Of a DNA stretch of 64,000 bases, positions 52,760-64,000 are shown in pieces. Position numbers and translations under genes: made by a program. The notes beneath the pieces are model-generated. The model ran no database searches and had not been told where the DNA came from. It worked only from the letters and a program-made list of their open reading frames with translations. How positions within the stretch are numbered: position 1 is the first letter of the stretch; each line of letters starts with the position of its first letter. Origin of the DNA: Octopus bimaculoides (lineage: Eukaryota); the NCBI RefSeq assembly GCF_001194135.2, contig NC_068983.1, positions 65,418,608-65,482,607 on the forward strand. Reading direction: 5' to 3'.

Positions 52760-54112
52760 TTATGTATATTGTTATGTTTGAAAAAGCAGAGATTCAGATC
52801 GCAGTGGTCTGTAAGCAAAAGAAAGTATTAGGCTACTCTCAACACCACAAGTTATCCGATATTTTGATAATGTTTTAAGCCATCCAGCGTGACACAGAGA
52901 TGTGGCTATTGTTCTTAATAAATATTCAAATAACTTTTTAAAATATTTTGTTTAACGTAATTGAAAAAAAACATGTAAGAACACCTTTTTATCGTATTAG
53001 ATTTTTACCGCATTTATTTTATAGTGAAATAATTGTTACTACGGAAAACCGAACCTTAAAATGTACTGTGCCTGAGCTCCGTCTCATGTCACTGTGTTGA
53101 GAAAGCCAAGTTGAAATGTGTGGAATATATTATCGTAATTTAGCGACAACCATAACACTTTTTAGAAGCAGCTGTAACGTGAAACATTTAGGGATATTTC
53201 ATGTTTACTAGCAAGTATCGAGTCCATTGTGTTCCTTGGATTCGACAGACACAGACGTTTTATGACTGTGAACATATCCATCATTGAATGTCAAGATTGG
53301 ATTGGACGTATATCCATTTAAGTGTATAAACAAGTAATTTTATATAATAGACAGATGGAAAATAAAAAAATACATCCGCAGACATGTGTTCCGTAGGTAT
53401 ATGTGCGAATAATTGAAACAAAAATAATTTAAGAGAAACAACTCAAAGTGGTTAAATGTAAGAAATTCGATAATAAGATAAATAAACGCTTGCTCAGTAC
53501 AATCCACGACATGTGTTTATTATATTGAAATCCTATTCCTTTAAGAAAAAAGTAAGAGGGTGGCTTGTTGCGAGTGAGATCAAGTCCGAATGAAAAGGTG
53601 AAATGATATCATGCATTCCCCAAAATTGATATTCCAAGAAAGGAGAAACAGTCTCCTGCATTCAAAATGGATAATTGCTGCGATGAAGACGACTTTTAAG
53701 ACAGAAACACTGTGCAACAGCCGGCCTCTTATGTACACCCAATCAGAGTATGTCTTATGTTTAACAAATTACAGAGATTCCTTGATTCTTTACAGTCTTT
53801 TTTTTTTTTTTGAAGAAGCAAACTATTTCCTTACATTTCTCTCGACGGTAAAATTGTTTTTTAATAAAAGTTTCACTCTATATTTTATTGAAAATACATG
53901 TATTATTCAATTGATATAAGAGTATGAACACGTACATACATACACACGCACATATGTGTATGTATATATATATATATTACCGAAGTAATAGGTTTGTTAA
54001 ATATGCTTGTGATATATTTCAACTGCTAAAAGGCACGTTCAACTCCAGCTACTGTAAAGACAATATTTCTTTTATGGTAACAATGTGTCAAAACACCCTA
54101 TCTGTTCCGTTT

Positions 54113-54464
54113 CGAAGTTTCTAGCTCGTTGGCTTTTATCAATGGGAAGTGCCTAAGAGATGAAACTCTGAAAAGATCTTATAAAGTGATAGTCCTCTGT
54201 ATAATACAGTCAGAAACGATAACTACAGTTAATTTGCTTTTTAGCAGTTGAAATATGTTATGAATATATTTTACGTAACCTAAACTTGCTTATGCTCAAA
54301 CACTGCTTGGTGCTAATATTTCGGTAATTTCCAGGATATACCTACGAAAATCATTCAACAACGTTTACTGTATTTTACATAAAGCTATAGTTTTATAAGG
54401 TTGGTTCAGAGTTGCCCCTCTTAGGTACTACCCATTGATAAAAGCCAACTAGCTAGAAACATCG
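54113..54464. repeat. ~60-bp inverted repeat (54113-54172 / 54405-54464) interleaved with a ~68-bp direct repeat (54220-54287 / 54550-54618)
   Basis: GTTTCTAGCT..TTGGCTTTTATCAATGGG..CCTAAGAG..AACTCTGAA and its reverse complement; TAGCAGTTGAAATATGTTA..AACCTAAACTT twice. Confidence 0.85.
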
Positions 54465-55019
54465 ATGTCTGTGAATCCTGATAGATGGTGACATTCAACA
54501 GAGGACGTTTTTACACCTTTTTAGCCTAAGAGAAGACTTTCTACAACTGTAACTGCAGTGAGTTTGCCTTGTAGCAGTTGAAATATGTTAGAAACATATT
54601 TTAACTAACCTAAACTTCACCTATATATACGCACACACACACACACAAATCTATCAGATTCAATAGACTCTTTGTACATCAACAAGTAGGATGAAACAAA
54701 TGGCTAGATGCAGTAATTTAGGTTCACGGTGAGGTAAATAATAATGAAGTTGACAATTGTTGGTAGGATACTGTGGATATGTAATTACCAGATGCAATTT
54801 AAATCATCGATCCGAATAAGTCGTTGGTTCGTGGTATGGCGTAGATATAAAAAGAGAACGCAAATTGGGTTTGAAATTTATGAAAGCTGTTTTGGTAGAA
54901 GTTTATTAATGTATTCATAGTTTTCATCATATGATGTAATATATGACTACAACAATAGAATTCTTCTGAAACAGCTGTCGTCAATTTTAAAGCACATTTG
55001 TGTTCTCTTTATATACTTG

Positions 55020-55056
<37 letters not shown>

Positions 55057-56910
55057 GCGCGTATGTATGTGTTTGTGTGTGCGTGCGTGTGCGTGTGTGT
55101 ATGTATGCTTCTGATTGCGTATGTGTGTGAGTGTGCATACATATATGCACATATACACGTACCATTTAGTTTTTCCGCATTATGATATATAATTACATTC
55201 ATAAGTTCCATTGAATAGTTTCCCTCTATTAATTATATTATTTCTTTGTTAATTGAAACTAACATATATTCATACATATAAAGACAACTTTACCAACCAC
55301 TGTGAATGCTTACTCACCTCTTTCACTCTCGTTTTCTCTCTATACTTCCTCGTGTATATATGTGAGTGCTTGCGTACGATTGTGGGTATATGTATTAGTG
55401 TGAGTGCGTCTGTGAGTATATGTGTACTTGTTGTGTGTGTGTGTGTGTAGAGGGAAGGGACCGAGGGAGAGAGCGAAGGAGAGAAAGAGAGAGAGATGGA
55501 GTGTTACACGAGGGATGATTCCTTCGAACAAATCAAATGCTCAAGGATTTCAGATATATTGTATGTGAGCTTCTTCTGAGACAGCCAGTCAATTTATCAA
55601 CAGGATTCTCACATACCTTACACATATTTATCGAATAGTTTGAGGATTTTAATAGGGATACTAGATAAAGAGCTTTGTAGAAGGTTTTAATCCTATCTCT
55701 GACCACATTCCTTCAAGAGGATACAAAATGTGACTGAGGATTTCTAAATGTTTAGATTATTCTCAGAATTGAGGGCCCATCCTTTAATGCCATGCTGCAA
55801 AGGTCCATGAATTAATCTAGCTTGGTCTCTTCAATATGTATATTTTGGTTAATACTGTCCCAGAATTATACATTATTCATTTCTATCACCATAAGTTTCT
55901 TAAATATATGAGGGTTCGTATCCATCCTCTATGCACCTCTCTTGCAATTCACTGATTATATACGTTGTTCTCTTCCTCATGTTTGGTATCTAAATCTATG
56001 TTAAGATTTTTTTTTCTAGCGATTCAATAACATCCTGGTACGACAGATAAATAGATGATCACGAGATTCACAAGGATTTAACAGTTATCTGATTTTAAAT
56101 CTCTACGTACGTACATAAGTATATTTGTACACAAATACGTAAACAGAGATAGAAAATAAAAAGTAAAATGCGAAGGCTGAGCGGGTGGAGAGTAAGGAAA
56201 TGTTGAGAATATAGCTTTTCAAAATAGCCACAGAAAACTACCACACGAAGCGACATGTGTTGTTATAATCACATTTAAGACCTTGTAATAGATTGCATTA
56301 TATTTCGTCAACATCGTATTCTATAAATATCAGTTGCACAGAAATCCATTAACAAAACACGCAATAATAATTTTACGATTTATTTGATGTTTTCTTGTAT
56401 TAAGAGAGCTGTGGATAACGTTTACTTACTTAAAACATTTACACTACCTGTATTACAAATTTAAAGTTTTGAAATATTCCTAAGCATTTGAGATATCTAA
56501 ACTGAGGGGGTATCTCAAACAACAACAGACTTTTCTTGAGGTACTAATAATTTATATATCAAGTAAATAAATACGATGGTATTCATATAGCTATATTCTA
56601 ATTTTTTAAAAAACATAGTTACAGAAAGCCAAGTATTCAAGTGTATGCAGTCATATTAGTGCACGAGCTGACCAGCATGTATCGATAGACAATGACTACA
56701 GATCATTCCAGGTACACACACGCACACAACTCTTCTCTCTCAATTTCCTTCTGTTTATACGCATGTGTGTGAATATGTGTGTATACGTGTGTATGTATAT
56801 ATATATATATATATATAGTTCAAAAACACAATAACAAAAAAACAAAAAAACAACAAAGTGAGGACGTGATATGGATAGTATTATTGGACGCTCAGGAAAG
56901 GAAAGAGAGA

Positions 56911-56950
56911 GTGTATGACGTTTCGGGCGTAGCCCTTCGTCGGAAAGATG
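56911..56950 (-). ncRNA. Degenerate hammerhead-like / Penelope terminal motif
   Basis: CCGACGA-A-GGGC-tac-GCCC-GAAAC-GTC^: U4>C in the core and no helix I in cis. Confidence 0.35.
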
Positions 56951-58250
56951 GAAAGTTCGGAGAATGGAAGAACGGAGAAAGAGGAAAATGGTNNNNNNNN
57001 NNNNNNNNNNNNNNNNNNNNNNNNNNNNNNNNNNNNNNNNNNNNNNNNNNNNNNNNNNNNNNNNNNNNNNNNNNNNNNNNNNNNNNNNNNNNNNNNNNNN
57101 NNNNNNNNNNNNNNNNNNNNNNNNNNNNNNNNNNNNNNNNNNTATATATATATATATATATATATGAAGAAATCGGAGTCAAGAAGGAGTACGTTTAGAC
57201 ATTTATTTATTATTCACTACAATTGTTTCGACGCAACGAGGTTCCCCAAGAATACAAGTATTTGTTCATTCAACTGTTTGTTTAAATAATGGGATCTAGT
57301 TGTGTTTCACTCTATGGGAGTGATCGTGTGAAAGTCAGCACGCAAGGTTAGAGATAAGTAGAGAGATTTGTACATGAGTACATATATCTGTCTATGCATG
57401 TACATGTGTGTGTGTTTGAGTAACAGTGTGTATATAAAAATATGCTCTTCGCATATGTATGTTCAAGTCAAAGTCGTAAGTTTACTTACTTATGTGTATG
57501 TACAAATGCGAGAAGTTACAGAACCATAGACATATTCTTCACGCTGGCACAAGTATACAGGAGTAAAAAAGATGAGATCAGTTAATGAATGTCGTCGATG
57601 TTTTAGATTATATAACTTGCAGCATTTTGGGTTTTTTAATTAGAGACCGTACAATTGTTGTCTCTCATTATTTTTTCTCCTCTCACAAGACTGTGTCTGA
57701 GACATTGACAATCCACTCTTCACAGCGTGTGTGCATGTGTGCATGTTTGTGCGTTCGTGCTTTGGTTCGCGCGCCTAAGCGTATATANNNNNNNNNNNNN
57801 NNNNNNNNNNNNNNNNNNNNNNNNNNNNNNNNNNNNNNNNNNNNNNNNNNNNNNNNNNNNNNNNNNNNNNNNNNNNNNNNNNNNNNNNNNNNNNNNNNNN
57901 NNNNNNNNNNNNNNNNNNNNNNNNNNNNNNNNNNNNNNNNNNNNNNNNNNNNNNNNNNNNNNNNNNNNNNNNNNNNNNNNNNNNNNNNNNNNNNNNNNNN
58001 NNNNNNNNNNNNNNNNNNNNNNNNNNNNNNNNNNNNNNNNNNNNNNNNNNNNNNNNNNNNNNNNNNNNNNNNNNNNNNNNNNNNNNNNNNNNNNNNNNNN
58101 NNNNNNNNNNNNNNNNNNNNNNNNNNNNNNNNNNNNNNNNNNNNNNNNNNNNNNNNNNNNNNNNNNNNNNNNNNNNNNNNNNNNNNNNNNNNNNNNNNNN
58201 NNNNNNNNNNNNNNNNNNNNNNNNNNNNNNNNNNNNNNNNNNNNNNNNNN

Positions 58251-58293
<43 letters not shown>

Positions 58294-58899
58294 TGTGTGT
58301 GTGTGTATATAATGTATAAATATACATATACACATATGCATACATGCACTAATGTGTAAATGCATATGGATAGAACCAAACTTATAACACATTTGAATAA
58401 CCACATTTTACAATACACATTTCCCATATTACAAATTTATGCTCAGCAATATTAATGTTTGCTTAAATGCTGGCAACCATGCGCGCGCGCACAAGTGCGA
58501 TGTTTACGTAAATATATTTCCACCACGCAGACAATTGAGAGTAATTTCGAGATTTTGGCCAGCTAATGCGTTATTGCCCAATGATGGCATAATGGGAAAT
58601 TGATGGTATCATAACTTAACAAGAATACACGCGCGCGTGCGCACGCACACACACACACACAAACTTACATAACTGCCCATGTCAACAGATAATTCAGCGT
58701 CTATCTTAGGTTTTCAGCTCACATCAACACAACATTATAAGCTTCCGCTATGTCGAATACTGTTGTCGTCTTGTCATGGACATTGTTACCAACTCTGAAA
58801 TGTTCTATCTTGTAACATTTCGTTATGTCAGCATTCAACTTTTTTTCATATTGTCTCCTACTAAAATGAGAGAAGATTCATATGAGTACCAGAAATCGT

Positions 58900-59900
58900 C
58901 TCCTTACATGATTGGAAATTGTATTTCCACATATATTTTTCCTAATATAGAGTGTGTCACCATATCATTATGCTGTTTATTCGTTCAAAATGCTCCACAC
59001 TTCCTGAATTTGACATATTGATATATCTAATGGTGATGGTTTAACCCGATACTATGAATTTGTTATCTTTTCAAATTGGATTTGTCCATTCAACAGAACG
59101 GTATATTAATTCATAGTTATCCAGATCCCTAAAATATTGGCTTTGTAAAGGTATGCATTTATGGGTGTTCAGCAGCTCTGAATTTCATGTCTTCCTGTGA
59201 GGCCCAAAACTCACCATTTCCAGTAATATATTCATGATAATCTTAATTAGCGTCTCTAGTTATTTATCAATCATGGGGTACTTGATGTATTTCCGGATAT
59301 CGCCGAAGATCGCTGACTACTCTCCATGGCATGTGTAACCATGTGGCCGAGTGTATGTCGAAAAGTTATTGGGTACGAGAGAAAGGTACTACAGATGGAG
59401 TGTACCATTGGAATATTCCGATAGAAATACAATTAGTGCTTAAAATTCCCTCTTTATATGTATCTTCAGAAAGGCTTGCTATTTACTCAAGTTCAGTTAA
59501 ATGTATATCTAATATTGTTACTTCTGTATTCTTGGCTAATGTTTCTATAATCTACGTGTCAGGAACATTGTTAAGAGCCTTCTAGGAGTCAATGCACCCC
59601 ATGCTTCTCAGGTAGTCTTTCACTTTCTAATCTTCATTTACGACTTTGCTATTTGGCAGGTGTGCCATGGTTTATATTCTGGAAGTTAATTATTTTGTCC
59701 AGATGATTATCTATAATATGTGACCTTATTGCAGATCACATGATAATTGCAGATCGCATAAATAATCAGCTGTGACCTTATTGCAGTGAAATAGTTATTA
59801 TACGTAGGTTTTAGGGTTCTTTACTTAAAGATTCTTTTCTCCCTAGCAATGCAAATTTTGTTTTTGGTTCATTTACTATTCTATTAAAAATATTTTCGCC
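58900..59900 (-). mobile_element. Old R4/Dong-like RT fragment
   Basis: SMGCIDS*KALNNVPDT*IIETL (cf. WIDYKKAFDSVPHSWIIE) and IGIFQWYTPSVV (cf. RGIFQGDSLS). Boundaries approximate. Confidence 0.55.
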
Positions 59901-59919
59901 TATTTCATGTATGGTATGT

Positions 59920-60080
59920 AATGACCCCACTTATCGTACTTATTCAACTCACCCCTGAAATGATGAAACCCAAAATTGATCTCCACAGAATTTTATCTCA
60001 GAATGTAAAGACAGAAAAAATGCCGCTAAACATTTTGCCCGGCGTACTAATGATTCTACCAGCTCACCATCTTATGGTTA
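59920..60080 (-). mobile_element. SINE family C copy, diverged
   Basis: AAATGCCGCTAAACATTTTGCCCGGCGTACTAATGATTCTACCAGCTC matches 14385-14432. Confidence 0.7.
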
Positions 60081-60561
60081 CCAAATATTCTAATCAGAAT
60101 TTTCGCGTTGTACTATCTCCCCGTACCTTTTAGTTGTTTGTTTATTGAAGTACATGATATCAGTTTTAAGTTGAAATCTCTCACTCATGCCTCACCTAAC
60201 TACAATTTTTCAGTTTTTGATTTTATTGTTTAAAAAGGTATGTCTTTTTCTCCTGTGGCGATTCGTTCACTGACATGGAATTAGTCGAAGTTATATTGCT
60301 TATCTTGTTATTGGAACTGTATTGATCTATACTTTCTATTGCCGAGTTCATCATATTATCTTGGGGGTGAAGTTGAAGTTTTTTTATTTGATGCATAATT
60401 ATCGACATTCATAAAAATGGCTCTTTTCCTATTTTAAAAGGCTCTTTTGTTTCATGCATTCTTTGATTTTGGAGACAAATATTTTTCCAATATTACATTT
60501 CTGTAGTGTTTGTGTCTCCATGTTTTAAAATTATGTTCCTTTTCGGTTATTTATCTAACGT

Positions 60562-60940
60562 GGAGGTGCAATGGCCCAGTGGTTAGGGCAACGGACTCAC
60601 AGTTTTAGGTCGTGGTTTCGATTCTCAGACCAGGCGTTGTGAGTGTTTATTGAGTGAAAACACCGACAGCTCCTAGAGGATCCGGCGGGGGGTGGGGGAG
60701 ATCCCCTGCAGTACTCTTTCAACAAAACTTTCTCTCGCTCTTTCTTCCTGCTTTTGCTGTACCTGTATTTCAAAGGGCCAGCCTTGTCACACTTGGTGTC
60801 ACGCTGTATTTGCCCGAGAACTACATTAAGGGTACACGTGTATGTGGAGTGCTCAGCCACTTTCACGTTAATTTCACGAGCAGGTTCCTCCATTGATCGG
60901 ATCGACTGCAGCACGTGTCGTCGTAACCGACGGAGTGCCG
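60562..60940 (+). mobile_element. SINE family E (tRNA-derived head, ~380 bp)
   Basis: GGAGGTGCAATGGCCCAGTGGTTAGGGC (A box) ..GGTTTCGATTC (B box), followed by a GC-richer body. Single copy in the window. Confidence 0.7.
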
Positions 60941-62239
60941 TGATTTATCTAATAATTTCGTGCTAATTTCATCTTATTTTCAACGTTCTCTAAATGTTAA
61001 ACTTGGGTTTCTTATATTACTAAATGTATAGAAATTTTAATATAGGCCTATAAAAGTGAAGATTGCATTTTCCAGTTGTCATTACTATCTGTTTATCCTT
61101 AGTCAAGTACTTTTATTCGTTCATTAAAAAAAACGTTCGTGTGCCATTTAATCTTTAACTATTTAAACGTTTATAGTGGTTTCGTATATTGTTTTCCATA
61201 TTTATGATTTTCTATTGTGGCTTTTTATTCATGTTTGCTTTTGTTCTAATTCAGTTTTTGGTTTGATAATATTTTGTAGGTGTTCTTGTGTCTCATTTCC
61301 TGTTGTTATGTGGTTTGTATTGCACCAGCTGACCGTATATACTTTAATACTTTATTTATACTTTTTCAGCATTGTTTTCGGTGTTTGCATCGGTTGGATA
61401 TTATATTTTTATTATGATATCTTTTTAGATTTTCACTTGTATGTTTAATGGCTTTCTGGCTTTCCAGATGGTTTTGTTGTTTTTGTTTTTGTTGCTGCTG
61501 TTATTGTTGTGTTTCCTCTTCTTCTAGTTCTTGTTGCTGTTATTTCTGCTGTTTTTTTTTCTGTTATGGCTATTTTTGCTGCTACTGTTTATGATATTAT
61601 TGAGTGCTATTTGCATGCCTTCACCAGCCTAACAATCACTTTGCTTTCCATATATGCAGTGTATTTTTGTACTTTCGATCTCTATTTTATCATTCATGAT
61701 TTCAGAAGTAAATTAAAAGTTTCTTATTTTGAATCAAGTATTAGGTGCATCATGAAGAAAATGCTGTTGAAATTTATTCTTCTACTTCTTGCAGGTAAAA
61801 TATGATGTTAGACACATTCTCTCACTTCTATATTGTACTGCTTGGTATAACTCCCAAGCTTCTCACCAAGATTATAGTACTTTACTTTGCTATGGTAATA
61901 ATTAATGTCATTTTAATGACGAAGAATATCTCCTGATGTAATATGAGCTTGCTGCTGATTTGTCGGCGTCATAAAATTTAATATTATCTCTAAATGTCAG
62001 TCTGATAATCCCCTTGTTTTCAACAGAGTTATGTGAATTTCACCACCAGTATGAAGATTTATGTTACATTACACAGTGTAGTAAAAGCGCAATCCAAATT
62101 TAAACATATAAATCAAAATAATACAGTCATCCTTCAAACATTTTGTAAATGTTCTTCCGTTTTACTTGTTGATATACGTTTCAATATTAGTGTATTCGCT
62201 ACATACCATCTTAAAGTATTCTCTGTGTTACTATAGACA

Positions 62240-62470
62240 AACCTGCTTGGTGACCCTTTGGCAAAAGTCTATCAGAGCTAACAACAAAAACGAAGGATTC
62301 CCAGGTCCGAACAAATCCGTACACTTGCAGCTCGGTGACTGGAGACCTAAGTCTATGGCAACGAACGGTATAGTACGTCGATGGACAGACGGGCCGTTGA
62401 AATTGTTCGGTGTCTCGTTTGGCCCCGATCTGTAAGTGAACTAGAAATGGGATGAGGTTGACCCAGACTC
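62240..62470 (+). mobile_element. L1/Tx1-clade ORF2 fragment (end of RT)
   Basis: NKSVHLQLGDWRPKSM..VRRWTDGPLKLFGVSFGPDL*VN*KWDEV resembles the KS..LG.W / K.LGV.F region of L1/Tx1 RTs. Confidence 0.65.
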
Positions 62471-63967
62471 GCGCATAAATAATGCGACAAGAATTTATAT
62501 ATATATATATATATATNNNNNNNNNNNNNNNNNNNNNNNNNNNNNNNNNNNNNNNNNNNNNNNNNNNNNNNNNNNNNNNNNNNNNNNNNNNNNNNNNNNN
62601 NNNNNNNNNNNNNNNNNNNNNNNNNNNNNNNNNNNNNNNNNNNNNNNNNNNNNNNNNNNNNNNNNNNNNNNNNNNNNNNNNNNNNNNNNNNNNNNNNNNN
62701 NNNNNNNNNNNNNNNNNNNNNNNNNNNNNNNNNNNNNNNNNNNNNNNNNNNNNNNNNNNNNNNNNNNNNNNNNNNNNNNNNNNNNNNNNNNNNNNNNNNN
62801 NNNNNNNNNNNNNNNNNNNNNNNNNNNNNNNNNNNNNNNNNNNNNNNNNNNNNNNNNNNNNNNNNNNNNNNNNNNNNNNNNNNNNNNNNNNNNNNNNNNN
62901 NNNNNNNNNNNNNNNNNNNNNNNNNNNNNNNNNNNNNNNNNNNNNNNNNNNNNNNNNNNNNNNNNNNNNNNNNNNNNNNNNNNNNNNNNNNNNNNNNNNN
63001 NNNNNNNNNNNNNNNNNNNNNNNNNNNNNNNNNNNNNNNNNNNNNNNNNNNNNNNNNNNNNNNNNNNNNNNNNNNNNNNNNNNNNNNNNNNNNNNNNNNN
63101 NNNNNNNNNNNNNNNNNNNNNNNNNNNNNNNNNNNNNNNNNNNNNNNNNNNNNNNNNNNNNNNNNNNNNNNNNNNNNNNNNNNNNNNNNNNNNNNNNNNN
63201 NNNNNNNNNNNNNNNNNNNNNNNNNNNNNNNNNNNNNNNNNNNATATATATACATACTATGTATACATATGTATACGTATATATGCCAATATATGTGTTT
63301 GTGTGTGTTTTCCATGTACATATAATAATGAAATCAGTTATATGCATATATTCAACTATTTCATTCTTGTACGGCAATAAGAATATATGTGCCTATGTAT
63401 GTGTTCGACTGTGTATCTATAAAATGCATACATGTTTGTGTATGCGTGTGCGCCTGTGTGTGTACCAGTATACATGTACGTGCGTGTGTATGTCTGTGTG
63501 TGTAAGTCTGTGTGTATGTGTATATGTGTAGTGCACATATGCAGTATAAATTACAAAATGCAGTTATTAACTTTAAAGTAGAAGTCAATGTAACCACTAA
63601 ACAATTATGTTTCTGCTCTTAACCCGATGTCGTCTATGGATGCAACAAATTGCCAAAAGATATGGCGACCTGTACATATGGCAGTTGCTATTTGAATCAT
63701 ACTCTCAACAGAATTGAGATATATGATCAAGGAGGTCAACATTTGTTAATTTACATGTGCTTTCCCATAAAATATTTAATACAATTCAAACCTGCTTCAA
63801 ATTTAATGTTTACAACATAATAACATTTATTTGTGTATTATCTCATGCTCATTTCATCATATCTACATGATATCTACAATGATAAGAACAGTTCTACCAA
63901 TATATATTCATATATACGAGTGCGTGTGTGTGCATGTGTCTGTAGGGTGAAACAGTTCAGTAAAGAT

Positions 63968-64000
<33 letters not shown>

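Noticed and set aside
55560-55980. Possible decayed coding remnant on the minus strand
   Set aside because: All frames have several stops and I could not assign any motif with confidence.
56070-56110. RDLKSDNC on the minus strand, resembling a kinase catalytic loop
   Set aside because: In-frame stop follows at once, no His before RD, no splice context.
57215-57260. Penelope-like CGAAAC..AATAAA on the minus strand as another hammerhead
   Set aside because: No CUGANGA box upstream.
62211-63531. Long ORFs in the supplied track spanning N runs or microsatellites (also 17621-18392, 23727-24569, 41822-42599, 57585-58427 and others)
   Set aside because: They are open only because N and TA/CA repeats lack stops; YI/HT/CV/ER runs are repeat translations.

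Overview
AT-rich eukaryotic DNA, draft assembly with many N gaps that mostly sit inside microsatellites. I can support no intact host protein-coding gene, rRNA, true tRNA or CRISPR array; the window reads as intergenic or large-intron DNA. The SINE families and the TA/CA/TAT microsatellite load suggest an octopod cephalopod, probably Octopus (pattern recall, not a database result). Content is decayed mobile DNA: two mariner elements (one a fold-back derivative), a DD37D/maT-like fragment, a near full-length RTE LINE ending in three C2H2 fingers, six R4/Dong-like (RLE) LINE fragments, CR1, L1/Tx1 and Penelope-like fragments, an ORF1-only retroelement and several tRNA-derived SINE families. The main signal is a set of type I hammerhead ribozyme (HHR) motifs in four unrelated contexts: a complete fold at 38832-38888; three copies in the tail of a tRNA-headed SINE (30.6-32.4 kb); a ~100-bp unit repeated three times at 23.3-23.7 kb (retrozyme-like); and a degenerate motif at 56.9 kb. 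All folds, translations and alignments were done by eye; self-cleavage is untested.
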